From a plasmid, in the sequence record NZ_CP044080.1: 64,000 nucleotides of DNA; one strand, written 5' to 3'. Both the position numbers and the translations under genes were made by a program. Shown here piece after piece: positions 21,178 through 31,270 of this stretch (its first letter is position 1; every line of letters begins with the position of its first letter). Below the pieces are notes generated by a model. The model worked only from the letters and a program-made list of their open reading frames with translations, was not told the DNA's origin and did no database searches.

Positions 21178-22161
21178 TCACTGGGTTTCCTGGATGCGCT
21201 TGACCAGGTCGCGCGCCTCGGGGGTGGTCACGTATTTCTCATAGACCGGGGCCATCGCCTCGATGAAGGCGGTCTTGTCCACGTCCTTGATGATTTCCGC
21301 GCCGGCGGCGGCAACCTTGTCCTCGCTGGCCTTTTCCTGCTCCGCCCAGAGCCTGCGTTGCAGCGTGGCCGAGTTCTGCGCCGCTTCGCGCATGATGGCC
21401 TGATCCTCGGGGGAAAGCTTCTCCCAGCTGGTCTTGGCCACGGCGACCAGCTCGGGCACCATCAGGTGCTGGTCCAGCGTGAAATACTTGGCGACCTCGG
21501 CGTGACCCGAGCTGTCGTAGCTGGGAAAGTTGTTTTCCGCCCCGTCGATCACGCCGGTCTGGATCGAGGAATAGACCTCGCCATAGGGCATTGGCGTCGC
21601 CGTGGCGCCAAGCGCCGTCATCATGTCCACGAAAACGTCGTTCTGCATGACGCGGAACTTCAGGCCCTTGAGGTCCTCGACCGTCTTGATCGGCTTCTTG
21701 GCGTTGTAGAAGCTGCGCGCGCCGCCGTCGTAATAGGCCAGCGGCACCAGCCCGTGCTCCTCGAAGCCCTTGGCGATTTCCTGCCCGATGGGGCCGTCCA
21801 TCACCTTGTGCAGGTGCTCGTCGGATTTGTACAGATAGGGCAGCGACACCGTCTGCGTAATCGGCACGATATCGTTGAACGACCCGAAGCTGGCGCGGAT
21901 CATGTCGATCACGCCGAACTGGGTCTGTTCGATGGTGTCCTTTTCCTCGCCCAGCTGGGACGACGGAAAGACCTCGATGCAGATGCGACCCTGGGTCTTT
22001 TCCTTGACCTCGGCTGCCATCGCCTTGACGCCCTCGACGGTCGGATAGCCGTCGGGGTGGGTGTCCGAGGACCGCAGCGTGATTTCGCATTCCGCGCTGG
22101 CGGCACCGGCCAGCGCGGCGGTGGCCAGCAGGGCGGCAAGGGTGGTCTTCAGCACTCTCAT
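21178..22161 (-). CDS. dctP: TRAP transporter substrate-binding protein (likely uronate-binding)
   Basis: Signal peptide followed by the DctP-family fold; strong SD GGGGAGGA. Confidence 0.9.
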   Translation of the reverse strand: MRVLKTTLAALLATAALAGAASAECEITLRSSDTHPDGYPTVEGVKAMAAEVKEKTQGRICIEVFPSSQLGEEKDTIEQTQFGVIDMIRASFGSFNDIVPITQTVSLPYLYKSDEHLHKVMDGPIGQEIAKGFEEHGLVPLAYYDGGARSFYNAKKPIKTVEDLKGLKFRVMQNDVFVDMMTALGATATPMPYGEVYSSIQTGVIDGAENNFPSYDSSGHAEVAKYFTLDQHLMVPELVAVAKTSWEKLSPEDQAIMREAAQNSATLQRRLWAEQEKASEDKVAAAGAEIIKDVDKTAFIEAMAPVYEKYVTTPEARDLVKRIQETQ

Positions 22162-22182
22162 TTCATCCTCCCCGATGAAAGT

Positions 22183-23583
22183 TCAAAGGTTATAGGCCCT
22201 CTTGACGAGGCCGTAGGTGAGTTCGTGGGCCAGTTCGGGCGCCTCGTCCGCGTCCAGCCGGCCAGTGGCGACCAGCGTGGCGAGAAAGGCGCAGTCCACC
22301 CGCCGCGCCACGTCATGGCGCGCCGGAATCGAGCAGAAGGCGCGGGTGTCGTCGTTGAAGCCGACGGTGTTGTAGAAGCCCGCCGTCTCGGTCGTCATCT
22401 CGCGGAACCGGCGCATGCCCTCGGGGCTGTCGTAAAACCACCAGGGCGGCCCCAGCCGCAGGCAGGGATAGACCCCGGCCAGCGGCGCCAGTTCGCGGGC
22501 ATAGGATGTCTCGTCCAGCGTGAACAGGATCACGGTCAGGTCGGGCCGCATGCCCACCGCGTTCAGCAGCGGGCGCAGCGCCGCGACGTAATCGGTGGGG
22601 CCCGGGATGTCGAAGCCCTTGTCGCGGCCGAACATCGCCATGACCGGGTCCGAATGGTTGCGCCGCGCGCCGGGATGGATCTGCAGGACCAGCCCGTCCT
22701 CCAGGCTCATCCGCGCCATCTCGGTCAGCATCTGGCCGCGAAACGCGTCCGCTTCGCCAGGCGAGCAGGCACCGCGCAAGGCCTTCTGGAACAGCGCCGC
22801 CGCCTCGGCCTGCGGCAGGTCTTCGGTCCGGGCGCTGGGGTGGCCGTGGTCGCTGGAGGTCGCGCCGAACTCTTTGAAATACGCCCGCCGCGCCCGATGC
22901 CCGTCCAGATAGCCCGCCCAGGTCGCGGTGTCGAACCCGGTCTGCTGGCCCATCAGGGCGACGTTCCCGGCAAAGCCCGCCATCTCGGGGTCGATCACCC
23001 CGTCGGGGCGATAGGCCGTCACCACCCGGCCCCGCCAGCCGCTGTCGCGGATCATCCGGTGCCAGCGCAGGTCGTCGGTGGCGGGTTCGGTGGTGGCGAT
23101 GACCTCGATGTTGAAGCGTTCGTAAAGCGCCCGGGGCCGGAACTCGGGCCGCGACAGGCAGTCGGCGATGTGGTCGTAATACCAGTCCGCCGTATCCGGC
23201 CCCAGCCGGCGGTCGATGCCGAAGACGTGGTGAAAGCTGTGGTCCAGCCACAACCGCGAGGGCGTCCCCCGCAGCAGGTGGTAATGCCGCGCGAACAGGC
23301 GCCAGATCCTGCGCCCGTCCGTCTCGGACGGCCCGCCGTCGGCGCGCGGCACGCCCAGATCCGCCAGCGCCACGCCCTGCGAACACAGCATCCGAAAGAC
23401 ATAATGATCCGGCGTCACGAACAGCTGCGCGGGGTCGGGAAACGGCTGGTCCTCGGCGAACCAGCGCGGGTCGGTGTGGCCGTGCGGGCTGACGATCGGC
23501 AGGTCGCGGACGCCGTCGTAAAGGCCCCGCGCCAGATCGCGCAGGGCAGGTTCGACGGGAAACAGCCGGTCCTGGTCCAACAT
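22183..23583 (-). CDS. uxaC: glucuronate isomerase
   Basis: 466 aa UxaC family (SPHGHTDP, DHGHPSA motifs). Confidence 0.9.
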   Translation of the reverse strand: MLDQDRLFPVEPALRDLARGLYDGVRDLPIVSPHGHTDPRWFAEDQPFPDPAQLFVTPDHYVFRMLCSQGVALADLGVPRADGGPSETDGRRIWRLFARHYHLLRGTPSRLWLDHSFHHVFGIDRRLGPDTADWYYDHIADCLSRPEFRPRALYERFNIEVIATTEPATDDLRWHRMIRDSGWRGRVVTAYRPDGVIDPEMAGFAGNVALMGQQTGFDTATWAGYLDGHRARRAYFKEFGATSSDHGHPSARTEDLPQAEAAALFQKALRGACSPGEADAFRGQMLTEMARMSLEDGLVLQIHPGARRNHSDPVMAMFGRDKGFDIPGPTDYVAALRPLLNAVGMRPDLTVILFTLDETSYARELAPLAGVYPCLRLGPPWWFYDSPEGMRRFREMTTETAGFYNTVGFNDDTRAFCSIPARHDVARRVDCAFLATLVATGRLDADEAPELAHELTYGLVKRAYNL

Positions 23584-23668
23584 GCGTCGCCCCTCCCCGA
23601 ATCGCGCTTGTCACGTTGCTGATGATCTAATATGCTAGATTACTAGCTTGTCAACGCAAAGGTGAACC
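23584..23668. promoter_or_regulatory. divergent promoter/operator region between uxaC and the GntR regulator
   Basis: Contains CTTGTCACG … CTTGTCAACG half-sites and the inverted repeat ATCTAatatgcTAGAT; GntR/FadR-type regulators bind TnGTnnnACnA-like sites. Confidence 0.4.
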
Positions 23669-24364
23669 ATGATCCCGACCCCCGCGATTTTGCCGACGCT
23701 TGACGATGCCCGCCCGCCCAGCATCACCGATCAGGTCTATGAGGCGCTTTACGACCGGGTGGTGAACCTGACCCTGCCACCCGGCGCCCGCCTGTCCGAG
23801 GCCGAGGTCGCGGCCCAGATGGGCGTGTCGCGCCAGCCGGTGCGCGACGCCTTCTATCGCCTGTCGCAGATGGGATTCGTGCTGATCCGGCCGCAGCGCG
23901 CCACCACGGTCACGCCGATTTCCGAACAGGCGGTGCTGCAGGCCTATTTCATCCGCTGCGCGCTTGAGGAACGCTGCCTGCGCCACGCCACCCACCGTCT
24001 GTCGGACCAGCACCTGGACGCGCTGGATGCGCTGATCGCGCGCCAGGACCAGGCGGTTCGGGCCGATGACCGCAGCCTGTTCCACGCGCTGGACGACCAG
24101 TTCCACCACGACATCTGCCATTATGCGGGGCTGGGCTTCGTCTGGGCCCTGGTCAAGGAAAACAAGGGCCACATGGACCGCGCCCGGTTCCTCAGCCTCA
24201 GCTATAACGGGGCCAGCGCGGTGCGCGAGCATCGCCAGATCCTGCTGGCGCTGCGCCAGCGTGACAGCGATGCGGCCGTGGCCGCGATCCGCCACCACCT
24301 GGCCCAGATCGAGGGGATCATCGCCCGCGTCCGCCAGGAGCGGCCGGGCCTGTTCGGCGAATAG
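23669..24364 (+). CDS. GntR/FadR-family transcriptional regulator (hexuronate locus)
   Basis: N-terminal GntR wHTH (SEAEVAAQMGVSRQPVRDAFYRL) plus an FCD domain. Confidence 0.85.
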   Translation: MIPTPAILPTLDDARPPSITDQVYEALYDRVVNLTLPPGARLSEAEVAAQMGVSRQPVRDAFYRLSQMGFVLIRPQRATTVTPISEQAVLQAYFIRCALEERCLRHATHRLSDQHLDALDALIARQDQAVRADDRSLFHALDDQFHHDICHYAGLGFVWALVKENKGHMDRARFLSLSYNGASAVREHRQILLALRQRDSDAAVAAIRHHLAQIEGIIARVRQERPGLFGE

Positions 24365-24448
24365 CCGGGTTTGAAAGCAAGCGGCGGAGTGCGGACACCC
24401 CAGGTTCGCGCCATAATGGCGGGGCGAACCAGCGAAAGGGCCGGACCG

Positions 24449-25495
24449 ATGCCGCAGACCACCGCACTTGACCCCCGCTGGCAGGCCGTGCTGGACCGCA
24501 GCCCGGCGGCGGATTTCGTCTTTGCCGTCCGCACCACCGGCATCTATTGCCGCCCGTCCTGTCCGGCACGCCGGCCTCGGCCCGAAAACGTCAGCTTCCA
24601 CGCCAATGCGGCCGAGGCCGAGGCACAGGGCTATCGCCCCTGCCTGCGCTGCCATCCGACAGGGATCGCGCCCGCGCAGGCCAATGCCGATCTGGTGGCG
24701 GCGGCCTGCCGCATCCTCGACAGCGCCGATCCGGTCCCGACCCTGCCCGAACTGGCCCGCCGCATCGGGCTGAGCCCGTCGCATCTGCACCGGCAGTTCC
24801 GCGCCGCAACCGGCCTGACGCCGGCCGGCTGGGCCAGGGCCGCGCGCGCCCGGCGGCTGCGGGCCGGCCTGGGCGACGGGGCTTCGGTCACCCAGGCCAT
24901 GCATCAGGCGGGCTATGGATCGTCCAGCCGGTTCTATGAGCGCGCGGACGAGGTGCTGGGCATGGCCCCCCGCGCCTATCGCGACGGCGGACGCGGAATG
25001 GTGATCCGCCATGCGCTGGACCGCTGCTCGCTGGGGCTGGTTCTGGTCGCCCAAAGCAAACGCGGCATCTGCGCCATTGCCCTGGGGGACGATCCACAGG
25101 CGCTGGTCCGTGACCTGCAGGCGCGCTTTCCCCAGGCTACCCTGATCGCCGAGGACGCAGCCCTGGCCGCCGTCCTGGGCCAGGTGGTCGCCCTGATCGA
25201 AGCGCCGGGCGCGGGCCTGGACCTGCCGCTGGACCTGCGCGGCACCGGATTCCAGCAGCGCGTCTGGCAGGCGCTGCGCGGCATTCGTCCGGGGCAGACG
25301 GTCAGCTATGCCGAGCTCGCCCGCCGGATCGGCGCACCGGGGTCGGCCCGGGCGGTGGCCGGGGCCTGCGCGGCGAACCCCGTGGCGGTCGCCGTGCCCT
25401 GCCACCGCGTCCTGCGCGGCGACGGCAGCCTGTCGGGCTATCGCTGGGGCGTGACGCGCAAGCGTGCGCTGCTGGATCGCGAATCCCAGGATTAG
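24449..25495 (+). CDS. ada: bifunctional Ada: AraC-type activator fused to O6-methylguanine-DNA methyltransferase
   Basis: N-terminal Cys4 methylphosphotriester zinc domain (CRPSCPARRP…CLRCHP), AraC HTH, and C-terminal Ogt active site VPCHRV. Confidence 0.8.
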   Translation: MPQTTALDPRWQAVLDRSPAADFVFAVRTTGIYCRPSCPARRPRPENVSFHANAAEAEAQGYRPCLRCHPTGIAPAQANADLVAAACRILDSADPVPTLPELARRIGLSPSHLHRQFRAATGLTPAGWARAARARRLRAGLGDGASVTQAMHQAGYGSSSRFYERADEVLGMAPRAYRDGGRGMVIRHALDRCSLGLVLVAQSKRGICAIALGDDPQALVRDLQARFPQATLIAEDAALAAVLGQVVALIEAPGAGLDLPLDLRGTGFQQRVWQALRGIRPGQTVSYAELARRIGAPGSARAVAGACAANPVAVAVPCHRVLRGDGSLSGYRWGVTRKRALLDRESQD

Positions 25496-25513
25496 ACTTG
25501 CAGATACAGTATA

Positions 25514-26329
25514 TTAATAAGACTTCCCAGATTTCCTCGAGGTTCGAAAATACTGCGAGCCTGCGGCGGCCTCGGCCAATTCCGCCGCCGCGGCCTGAAG
25601 CAGAGGGGCCAGGTCCCGCATCCGCGCCGGTGTCAGGCGCACGGCAGGCCCCGCGATCGACAGGCACCCCAGCGCGGCACCCCCGTCCGGCGGACACAGT
25701 GGAACTGCCATCGCCGCCATGCCGGGGATATAGCTGTCCACGGCCAGCGCGTAGCCGCGGTCCCGCGCCTCGGCCAGCACCTGGGGCAGGCCGGTCAGGG
25801 AAACGGGCGCCGCCCCGGGACGCGCCTCTTGCCCGGTTTCGTCCCGTTGCTGGGCGGCGGCCAGCGCCAGGGCGCGGTCGTCGTCCAGGCTGGAGAGCCA
25901 GGCCAGCCCGCTGGCGGAACTCGCCAGCCCCGCCACCACGCCCTGCTCCTGCCCGGGATCATAGCGCAGCCCGCCCCTGGCCCCCTGCGCCACCGCGACC
26001 CAGACCAGCGTGTCGCCATCGGCCACCGACAGCCGCACCAGCTCGCCGGTGTCGGCGGCCAGCCGGTCCAGCACCGGCTGAGCGACGTCGGTGATCCCGG
26101 CCCGGCCCAGAAAGCCCAGGCCCATCGCAGGCAGCTTGATGGTCAGCCTGTAGTCGCCCTGCGCCTGGACCTGCCGGACATAGCCCAGCCGCGCCAGTTC
26201 CCGCAGCAGGCGGTGCACGCCGCTGGCCGGCTGGCCCAGCCGTCCGGCAAGGGTCGACACCGACAACCCTTCGGGGTGCCGGGCCAGCAAGGCGATGACG
26301 GCAAGGGATTTCTCCAGAAGGCTGCTCAT
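25514..26329 (-). CDS. IclR-family transcriptional regulator
   Basis: IclR HTH (LSVSTLAGRLGQPASGVHRLLRELARLGYV) plus effector domain; start MSSLLEKS at 26329. The C-terminal 16 aa are encoded by an atypically AT-rich stretch. Confidence 0.8.
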   Translation of the reverse strand: MSSLLEKSLAVIALLARHPEGLSVSTLAGRLGQPASGVHRLLRELARLGYVRQVQAQGDYRLTIKLPAMGLGFLGRAGITDVAQPVLDRLAADTGELVRLSVADGDTLVWVAVAQGARGGLRYDPGQEQGVVAGLASSASGLAWLSSLDDDRALALAAAQQRDETGQEARPGAAPVSLTGLPQVLAEARDRGYALAVDSYIPGMAAMAVPLCPPDGGAALGCLSIAGPAVRLTPARMRDLAPLLQAAAAELAEAAAGSQYFRTSRKSGKSY

Positions 26330-26401
26330 GGTCCGGGCTCCGTGACGGCACACCCAGATGCCGCGACGAGGGACCAAAGGTCAACAGCGACGGACCCTGC
26401 C

Positions 26402-28756
26402 TTACTTCGGCACCGGCTGCGCGGTCGTCGCCGAATTCTCCTCGGTCTCGCTTTCCTCGGGATGCTCGGCCGCGTCCTCGCCGGTGATCAGGGCGGCCAC
26501 GTCGTCGGCCATGTCGCGCAGCAACTCCATCTCTTCCTCCTCGAGCGCGCGGGGCTGGGTGTCGAGCAGGCACAGAGCCCCCAGCACCAACCCGTCGGCC
26601 GTGCGCAGCGGCGCGCCGGCATAGAACCGGGTGCGCCACATGGTGATCGCGGGCAGATCGGCAAAGCGCGGGTCGCGGCGCGTGTCCTTGATGACCAGCG
26701 TGCTGTCGGTCGAAATGACATGGTCGCAGACCGCGTCCTCGCGCGGCAGGGTGATCATGTTGGTGCCGTCCTGGGTCACCTCTCCCGGCAGCTCCATGCT
26801 TTGGCCGATGATGAATTCATGGTCGGCATCGATGGCGGTGATGACGGCGAATTCGACGTCGAAGACCTCGGCGGCGCGGGCGGCAAGGGCATCCAGTTCC
26901 TCGCGCGCGTGGCCGTCCAGCACATTCGTGGCCTCGAGCGCGGCCACGCGTTCGGCGTCGTTTTCCGGGCGCGGCGCGGTCTGGCGTTCGCGGGCAAGGT
27001 CGGGGGTCAGCATCTGTTCGATGCGCTGCACCGCCTCGGACATCGAGGCCACGACGGCATCGGCCCCCCATTCGCGTGCCTTGTCGTTCCCGGTCAGGTC
27101 GTCCGGCGCGTTCCACAATGCCAGCACGATCTTCACCTCGGGCCAGCGGTTGCGCAGCCGGCGGCAGAAGGATCGCGCCGACAGCATCGGCTCGCGGCTG
27201 AAATAGCTCAGGCAGACCAGTTCGACCCCCTCGAGATCCAGCTTGTCCACATAGCGCGCGGTCAGCACGCCGGCCGGGCGCTGGCTGGCCGCGATGCCGC
27301 CAAAGGCCAGGGCATGGACCATCATCTCGCAGGCGACGTTGTCGATTTCCCACTTGCCGCCGATGCAGGCCACGCGCGGCGGGCCCTGGGGCGGATCGGG
27401 CGGGGTGTAATCCTCGCGCAGGTCGTCCAGCAGCACGTCCATGCCGTTGACCACGCGCAGCCGATGTTCGGCCCGCGCCTGGGTCAGGAAGTCGACGCTG
27501 GCCTGGCGCAGCACCTCGATGCCGTGGCTGTCATAGAATTCGATCACCGAACTGTCGTCGATGGCTTCGCTGGCGATCTCGATCGCTTCCTGAGGATCGT
27601 CCGCGATCAGCCGCTGGTAGATGCGCGTCGGCACGTCCAGGACCGGGGTCGAGCCGAGCAGCGTGTCCAGAAACTGCAACTGCGGCAGGTTGCGCCCGAT
27701 GACCAGCAGGCAGACGGTCAGGGGCGTGGACAGGATCAGCCCCACCGGACCCCAGAGCGCGGTCCAGAAGGTCGCGGCCGCGATCAGCGACAGGGCTGAA
27801 AGACCCGTCGAGGTGCCGTAAAGCACGGGCTCGACGATATTGCTGCTGATAAGTTCCAGGATGACGACCAATGCCAGGGTCAGCAGGACCATGTTCCAGC
27901 CCGGATCGACCGCAAAGGCCAGCGCCAGCGGAAAGACCGCCGACAGGACCGGCCCGACATAGGGGATGAAGCGCATGACCGCGGCCAGCGTCCCCCACAG
28001 GATCCAGCCCGGCACGCCGATCAGCCACAGGCCCGCAGCCATCGGGATGGCATAGGTCACGTTCACGACCAGCTGCATCAGCAGATATTTCGAGATGCGG
28101 CTGCCCGCCTCTTCCATGGCATCGGTCGAGCGGTGCAGGTTGCCGCCCAGCATGCGGATCAGCCGGTCGCGCAGGTCGCCCCGGTCGAGCAGCGCCAGAA
28201 ACACAAAGACCAGCACAATGCCCGCGGTGGCCACCGGCGCCAGCACCGGGACCAGCCAGGCCACCGCCGTGCGGAACGGGCTTTCGGGCTGGGCCACGAC
28301 CTGCACGCGTTCGGCGGGCAGGCTTTCCTCGTTCTGGGCAATGGCCTTCTCGACCTCTTCCTGGACGGTCGTGACCATCTGCCAGGCGCCGTCGAAGATG
28401 CCCGGGCCGCGCATCGAATCGCCCAAGGCATCGATCTTGTCGCGCACCGTGCTTTGATAGGTCGGCAGCTGCACCGCCAGCAGCCTGACCTGGGACCCGA
28501 CCAGAACGCCAAGCCCCAGGATCACCGTCACGACCGTCGCCATGACGACGATCACGGACAGGACCCGGGGCAGGCCGCGCCGGCACAGCCAGACGACCAG
28601 CGGGCTCAGCGCAAAGCTGATGAGGAAGGCGATGGCCAGCGGGATCAGGACGTCCTGGCCCAGGTAAAGACCCGACAGGATGGCGGCCGCCGTGACGAAC
28701 CACGCGGCCAGCCGGACGATATCGGGCTGCGGCCCCGGCGTAACCGGACTTTCCAT
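26402..28756 (-). CDS. AI-2E (PerM/UPF0118) family transporter fused to a cytoplasmic Rossmann-like (B12-binding-like) domain and a C-terminal GAF domain
   Basis: N-terminal ~350 aa with 8 TM helices and the AI-2E-like signature. The middle segment RVACIGGKWEIDNVACEMMVHALAFGG…VKIVLALW has a flavodoxin/B12-binding-like strand-helix pattern but no DxHxxG. The C-terminus is GAF-like (VFDVEFAVITAIDADHEFIIGQSMELPG…LLDTQPR). Confidence 0.7.
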   Translation of the reverse strand: MESPVTPGPQPDIVRLAAWFVTAAAILSGLYLGQDVLIPLAIAFLISFALSPLVVWLCRRGLPRVLSVIVVMATVVTVILGLGVLVGSQVRLLAVQLPTYQSTVRDKIDALGDSMRGPGIFDGAWQMVTTVQEEVEKAIAQNEESLPAERVQVVAQPESPFRTAVAWLVPVLAPVATAGIVLVFVFLALLDRGDLRDRLIRMLGGNLHRSTDAMEEAGSRISKYLLMQLVVNVTYAIPMAAGLWLIGVPGWILWGTLAAVMRFIPYVGPVLSAVFPLALAFAVDPGWNMVLLTLALVVILELISSNIVEPVLYGTSTGLSALSLIAAATFWTALWGPVGLILSTPLTVCLLVIGRNLPQLQFLDTLLGSTPVLDVPTRIYQRLIADDPQEAIEIASEAIDDSSVIEFYDSHGIEVLRQASVDFLTQARAEHRLRVVNGMDVLLDDLREDYTPPDPPQGPPRVACIGGKWEIDNVACEMMVHALAFGGIAASQRPAGVLTARYVDKLDLEGVELVCLSYFSREPMLSARSFCRRLRNRWPEVKIVLALWNAPDDLTGNDKAREWGADAVVASMSEAVQRIEQMLTPDLARERQTAPRPENDAERVAALEATNVLDGHAREELDALAARAAEVFDVEFAVITAIDADHEFIIGQSMELPGEVTQDGTNMITLPREDAVCDHVISTDSTLVIKDTRRDPRFADLPAITMWRTRFYAGAPLRTADGLVLGALCLLDTQPRALEEEEMELLRDMADDVAALITGEDAAEHPEESETEENSATTAQPVPK

Positions 28757-28837
28757 CACGTTCCCCCTGACACGCGATCCGGCCTTGGCGCCGCACGGCA
28801 AGGGAACGCGGCGCGGCGGGGGCGGTTCCGGGGGAAC

Positions 28838-29980
28838 CTAGCCCCAGCGCCAGTCGCCCGCGCCCAGGGCCGGGGCGGCGCGGGCCGTGTCCAGCGTGCT
28901 GCGCGAGAACAGGATCGGCGTGCGCAGGCCCGCGATGCCTTCGGGCGCGATGCGCAGGCCGCGGGCGGCGATCTGCGGATCGGCCAGACCTTCGGCCACG
29001 TCGTTGACGGGTCCGACCGGCACCCCGGCCGCGTCCAGCGCGGCGATCAGCGCGGCTCGGGTCATCCGGCCCGTGGCCTGGGCCAGCAGCGGCACCAGCG
29101 CCGCGCGATTGGCGACGCGGGCGGGGTTCGTGGCGTAATCGGGGTCCTGCGCCAGCCCGTCCAGCCCCAACACCCGGCAGAGCGCCGCGAATTGCCGGTC
29201 GTTGCCGCAGGCGATGATCGCGTGCCCGTCGGCGGTGGGAAACAGCTGATAGGGGACGATATTGGGATGCGCATTGCCCAGCCGGTGCGGCACCGTCCCG
29301 CCCAGCAGATAGTTCGTCGCCTGGTTCGCCAGCACCGCCGTGCCGCAATCCAGCAGCGACAGGTCCAGGTGCTGGCCGCGGCCCGAACGCGCACGCTCGG
29401 CCAGCGCTGCCTGCACGGCGATGGTGCCGTAAAGCCCGGTGAAGATGTCGATCCAGGCCACGCCGACCTTCTGCGGCTCGCCGGACGGGTCGCCGGTCAG
29501 GTCCATGATGCCGCACATGCCCTGGATCAGGAAATCGTATCCGGGCTGGCTGGCGCGCGGCCCGTCCTGGCCGAAGCCCGTGATCGAGGCGTAGACCAGC
29601 CCCGGATTGTCCGCCGCCAGCGTCGGATAGTCCAGCCCGAAGCGGGCCAGCCCCCCGACCTTGAAATTCTCGATCACCACATCCGCGTCGCCGACCAACG
29701 CGCGCAGCCGTGCCAGATCCTTGGCATCGTTGAAATCGCAGGTGACCGAGGTCTTGCCCCGATTGGCCGCGTGGAAATAGGCGGCGACGCGCTCGGCCGT
29801 GCCGTCTGGCCGGGGCCGGTCGATGAAGGGCGGGCCCCAGCGGCGGGTGTCGTCGCCCTCGGGCGCCTCGACCTTGATGACCTGGGCGCCAAGGTCGGCC
29901 AGGGTCTGGCCGATCCAGGGCCCGGCCAGGATGCGGGCCAGTTCGACCACCCGCAGCCCCTTCAGCGGCGGCTCAGCCAA
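28838..29980 (-). CDS. CoA-transferase family III (CaiB/BaiF) protein
   Basis: CaiB/BaiF family motifs ([14 protein letters not shown]…, active-site Asp region [20 protein letters not shown]). Confidence 0.85.
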   Translation of the reverse strand: MAEPPLKGLRVVELARILAGPWIGQTLADLGAQVIKVEAPEGDDTRRWGPPFIDRPRPDGTAERVAAYFHAANRGKTSVTCDFNDAKDLARLRALVGDADVVIENFKVGGLARFGLDYPTLAADNPGLVYASITGFGQDGPRASQPGYDFLIQGMCGIMDLTGDPSGEPQKVGVAWIDIFTGLYGTIAVQAALAERARSGRGQHLDLSLLDCGTAVLANQATNYLLGGTVPHRLGNAHPNIVPYQLFPTADGHAIIACGNDRQFAALCRVLGLDGLAQDPDYATNPARVANRAALVPLLAQATGRMTRAALIAALDAAGVPVGPVNDVAEGLADPQIAARGLRIAPEGIAGLRTPILFSRSTLDTARAAPALGAGDWRWG

Positions 29981-31172
29981 AGGCCTGGTGCCCGGTCTGC
30001 GCGCGGCCCAGGATCAGGGCGTGCACGTCATGGGTTCCTTCGTAGGTGTTCACCGTCTCCAGGTTCTGGGCGTGGCGCATGACGTGGTATTCGATGGAGA
30101 TCCCGTTGCCGCCGTGCATGTCGCGGGCCATGCGGGCGATCTCCAGCGCCTTGCCGCAGTTGTTGCGCTTGACGATGGAAATCATCTCGGGCGCGAAGCG
30201 CCCTTCGTCCAGCAGCCGCCCGACGCGGAGGGAGGCTTGCAGGCCAAGCGCGATTTCGGTCTGCATGTCGGCCAGTTTCTTCTGGAACAGCTGTGTCGCG
30301 GCCAGCGGGCGGCCGAACTGCTGGCGGTCCAGCCCGTATTGGCGGGCGCGGAACCAGCAATCCTCGGCCGCGCCCATCGCGCCCCAGCTGATGCCATAGC
30401 GCGCGCGGTTCAGGCAGCCAAAGGGACCGCCCATGCCCTCGACGCCAGGCAGGATCGCATCCTCGGGGAGTTCGACATCCTCCATCACGATCCCACCCGT
30501 GACCGAGGCGCGCAGGCTCAGCTTGCCCTCGATCCTGGGGGCGCTGAGGCCGGGCGTGCCCTTGTCCAGCACAAAGCCGCGGACCTTGCCGCCATGCGCG
30601 TCCGATTTTGCCCAGACCACGAATACATCGGCGATGGGGGCGTTGGTGATCCAGGTCTTGGTGCCCGACAGCACATAACCGCCATCGACCTTGCGGGCCC
30701 GCGTCCGCATCCCGGCCGGGTCGGAGCCGGCATCTGGCTCGGTCAGGCCGAAACAGCCGATCCATTCGCCGCTGGCCAGCCGGGGCAGATAGCGGCGCTT
30801 CTGCGCCTCGCTCCCATAGGCTTCGATCGGGAACATCACCAGCGACGACTGGACCGAGGCCATGCTGCGATACCCGCTGTCGATGCGTTCGATTTCGCGC
30901 GCGACCAGCCCGTAGGCCACATAGGACGCGCCCGCGCCGCCATGTTCGTCGGCCACGGTGACGCCCAGCAGCCCCGCCTGTCCCATTTCGGGAAAGATCG
31001 CGGGGTCGGTCGTTTCGTGCAGATAGGCGTCCTTGATGCGCGGGGCCAGCCGCTCGGCGGCAAAGGCGGCCGCGCTGTCGCGGATCATCCGCTCTTCCTC
31101 GGTCAGCTGATCCTCAAGCAGAAACGGGTCGGCCCATGAAAACGGCGCGCCCTTGTATGATCCGGTCGCCAT
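29973..31172 (-). CDS. gcdH: glutaryl-CoA dehydrogenase (acyl-CoA dehydrogenase family)
   Basis: ACAD fold with GcdH-like sequence ([14 protein letters not shown], catalytic Glu region [15 protein letters not shown]); overlaps the CoA-transferase gene by 8 nt. Confidence 0.85.
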   Translation of the reverse strand: MATGSYKGAPFSWADPFLLEDQLTEEERMIRDSAAAFAAERLAPRIKDAYLHETTDPAIFPEMGQAGLLGVTVADEHGGAGASYVAYGLVAREIERIDSGYRSMASVQSSLVMFPIEAYGSEAQKRRYLPRLASGEWIGCFGLTEPDAGSDPAGMRTRARKVDGGYVLSGTKTWITNAPIADVFVVWAKSDAHGGKVRGFVLDKGTPGLSAPRIEGKLSLRASVTGGIVMEDVELPEDAILPGVEGMGGPFGCLNRARYGISWGAMGAAEDCWFRARQYGLDRQQFGRPLAATQLFQKKLADMQTEIALGLQASLRVGRLLDEGRFAPEMISIVKRNNCGKALEIARMARDMHGGNGISIEYHVMRHAQNLETVNTYEGTHDVHALILGRAQTGHQAFG

Positions 31173-31270
31173 CGCGGCCTCCCTTCCTGTCCTGTGCTCG
31201 GGTCATGCAATACCAGCTTTCCCTTGCCCCGAAAAAGCGGATAATCCGCATGACTTGATGCATAGGATGC

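Noticed and set aside
25829-27799. 656-aa plus-strand ORF overlapping iclR and the AI-2E transporter gene
   Set aside because: Antisense shadow; the minus-strand genes have clear domain content.
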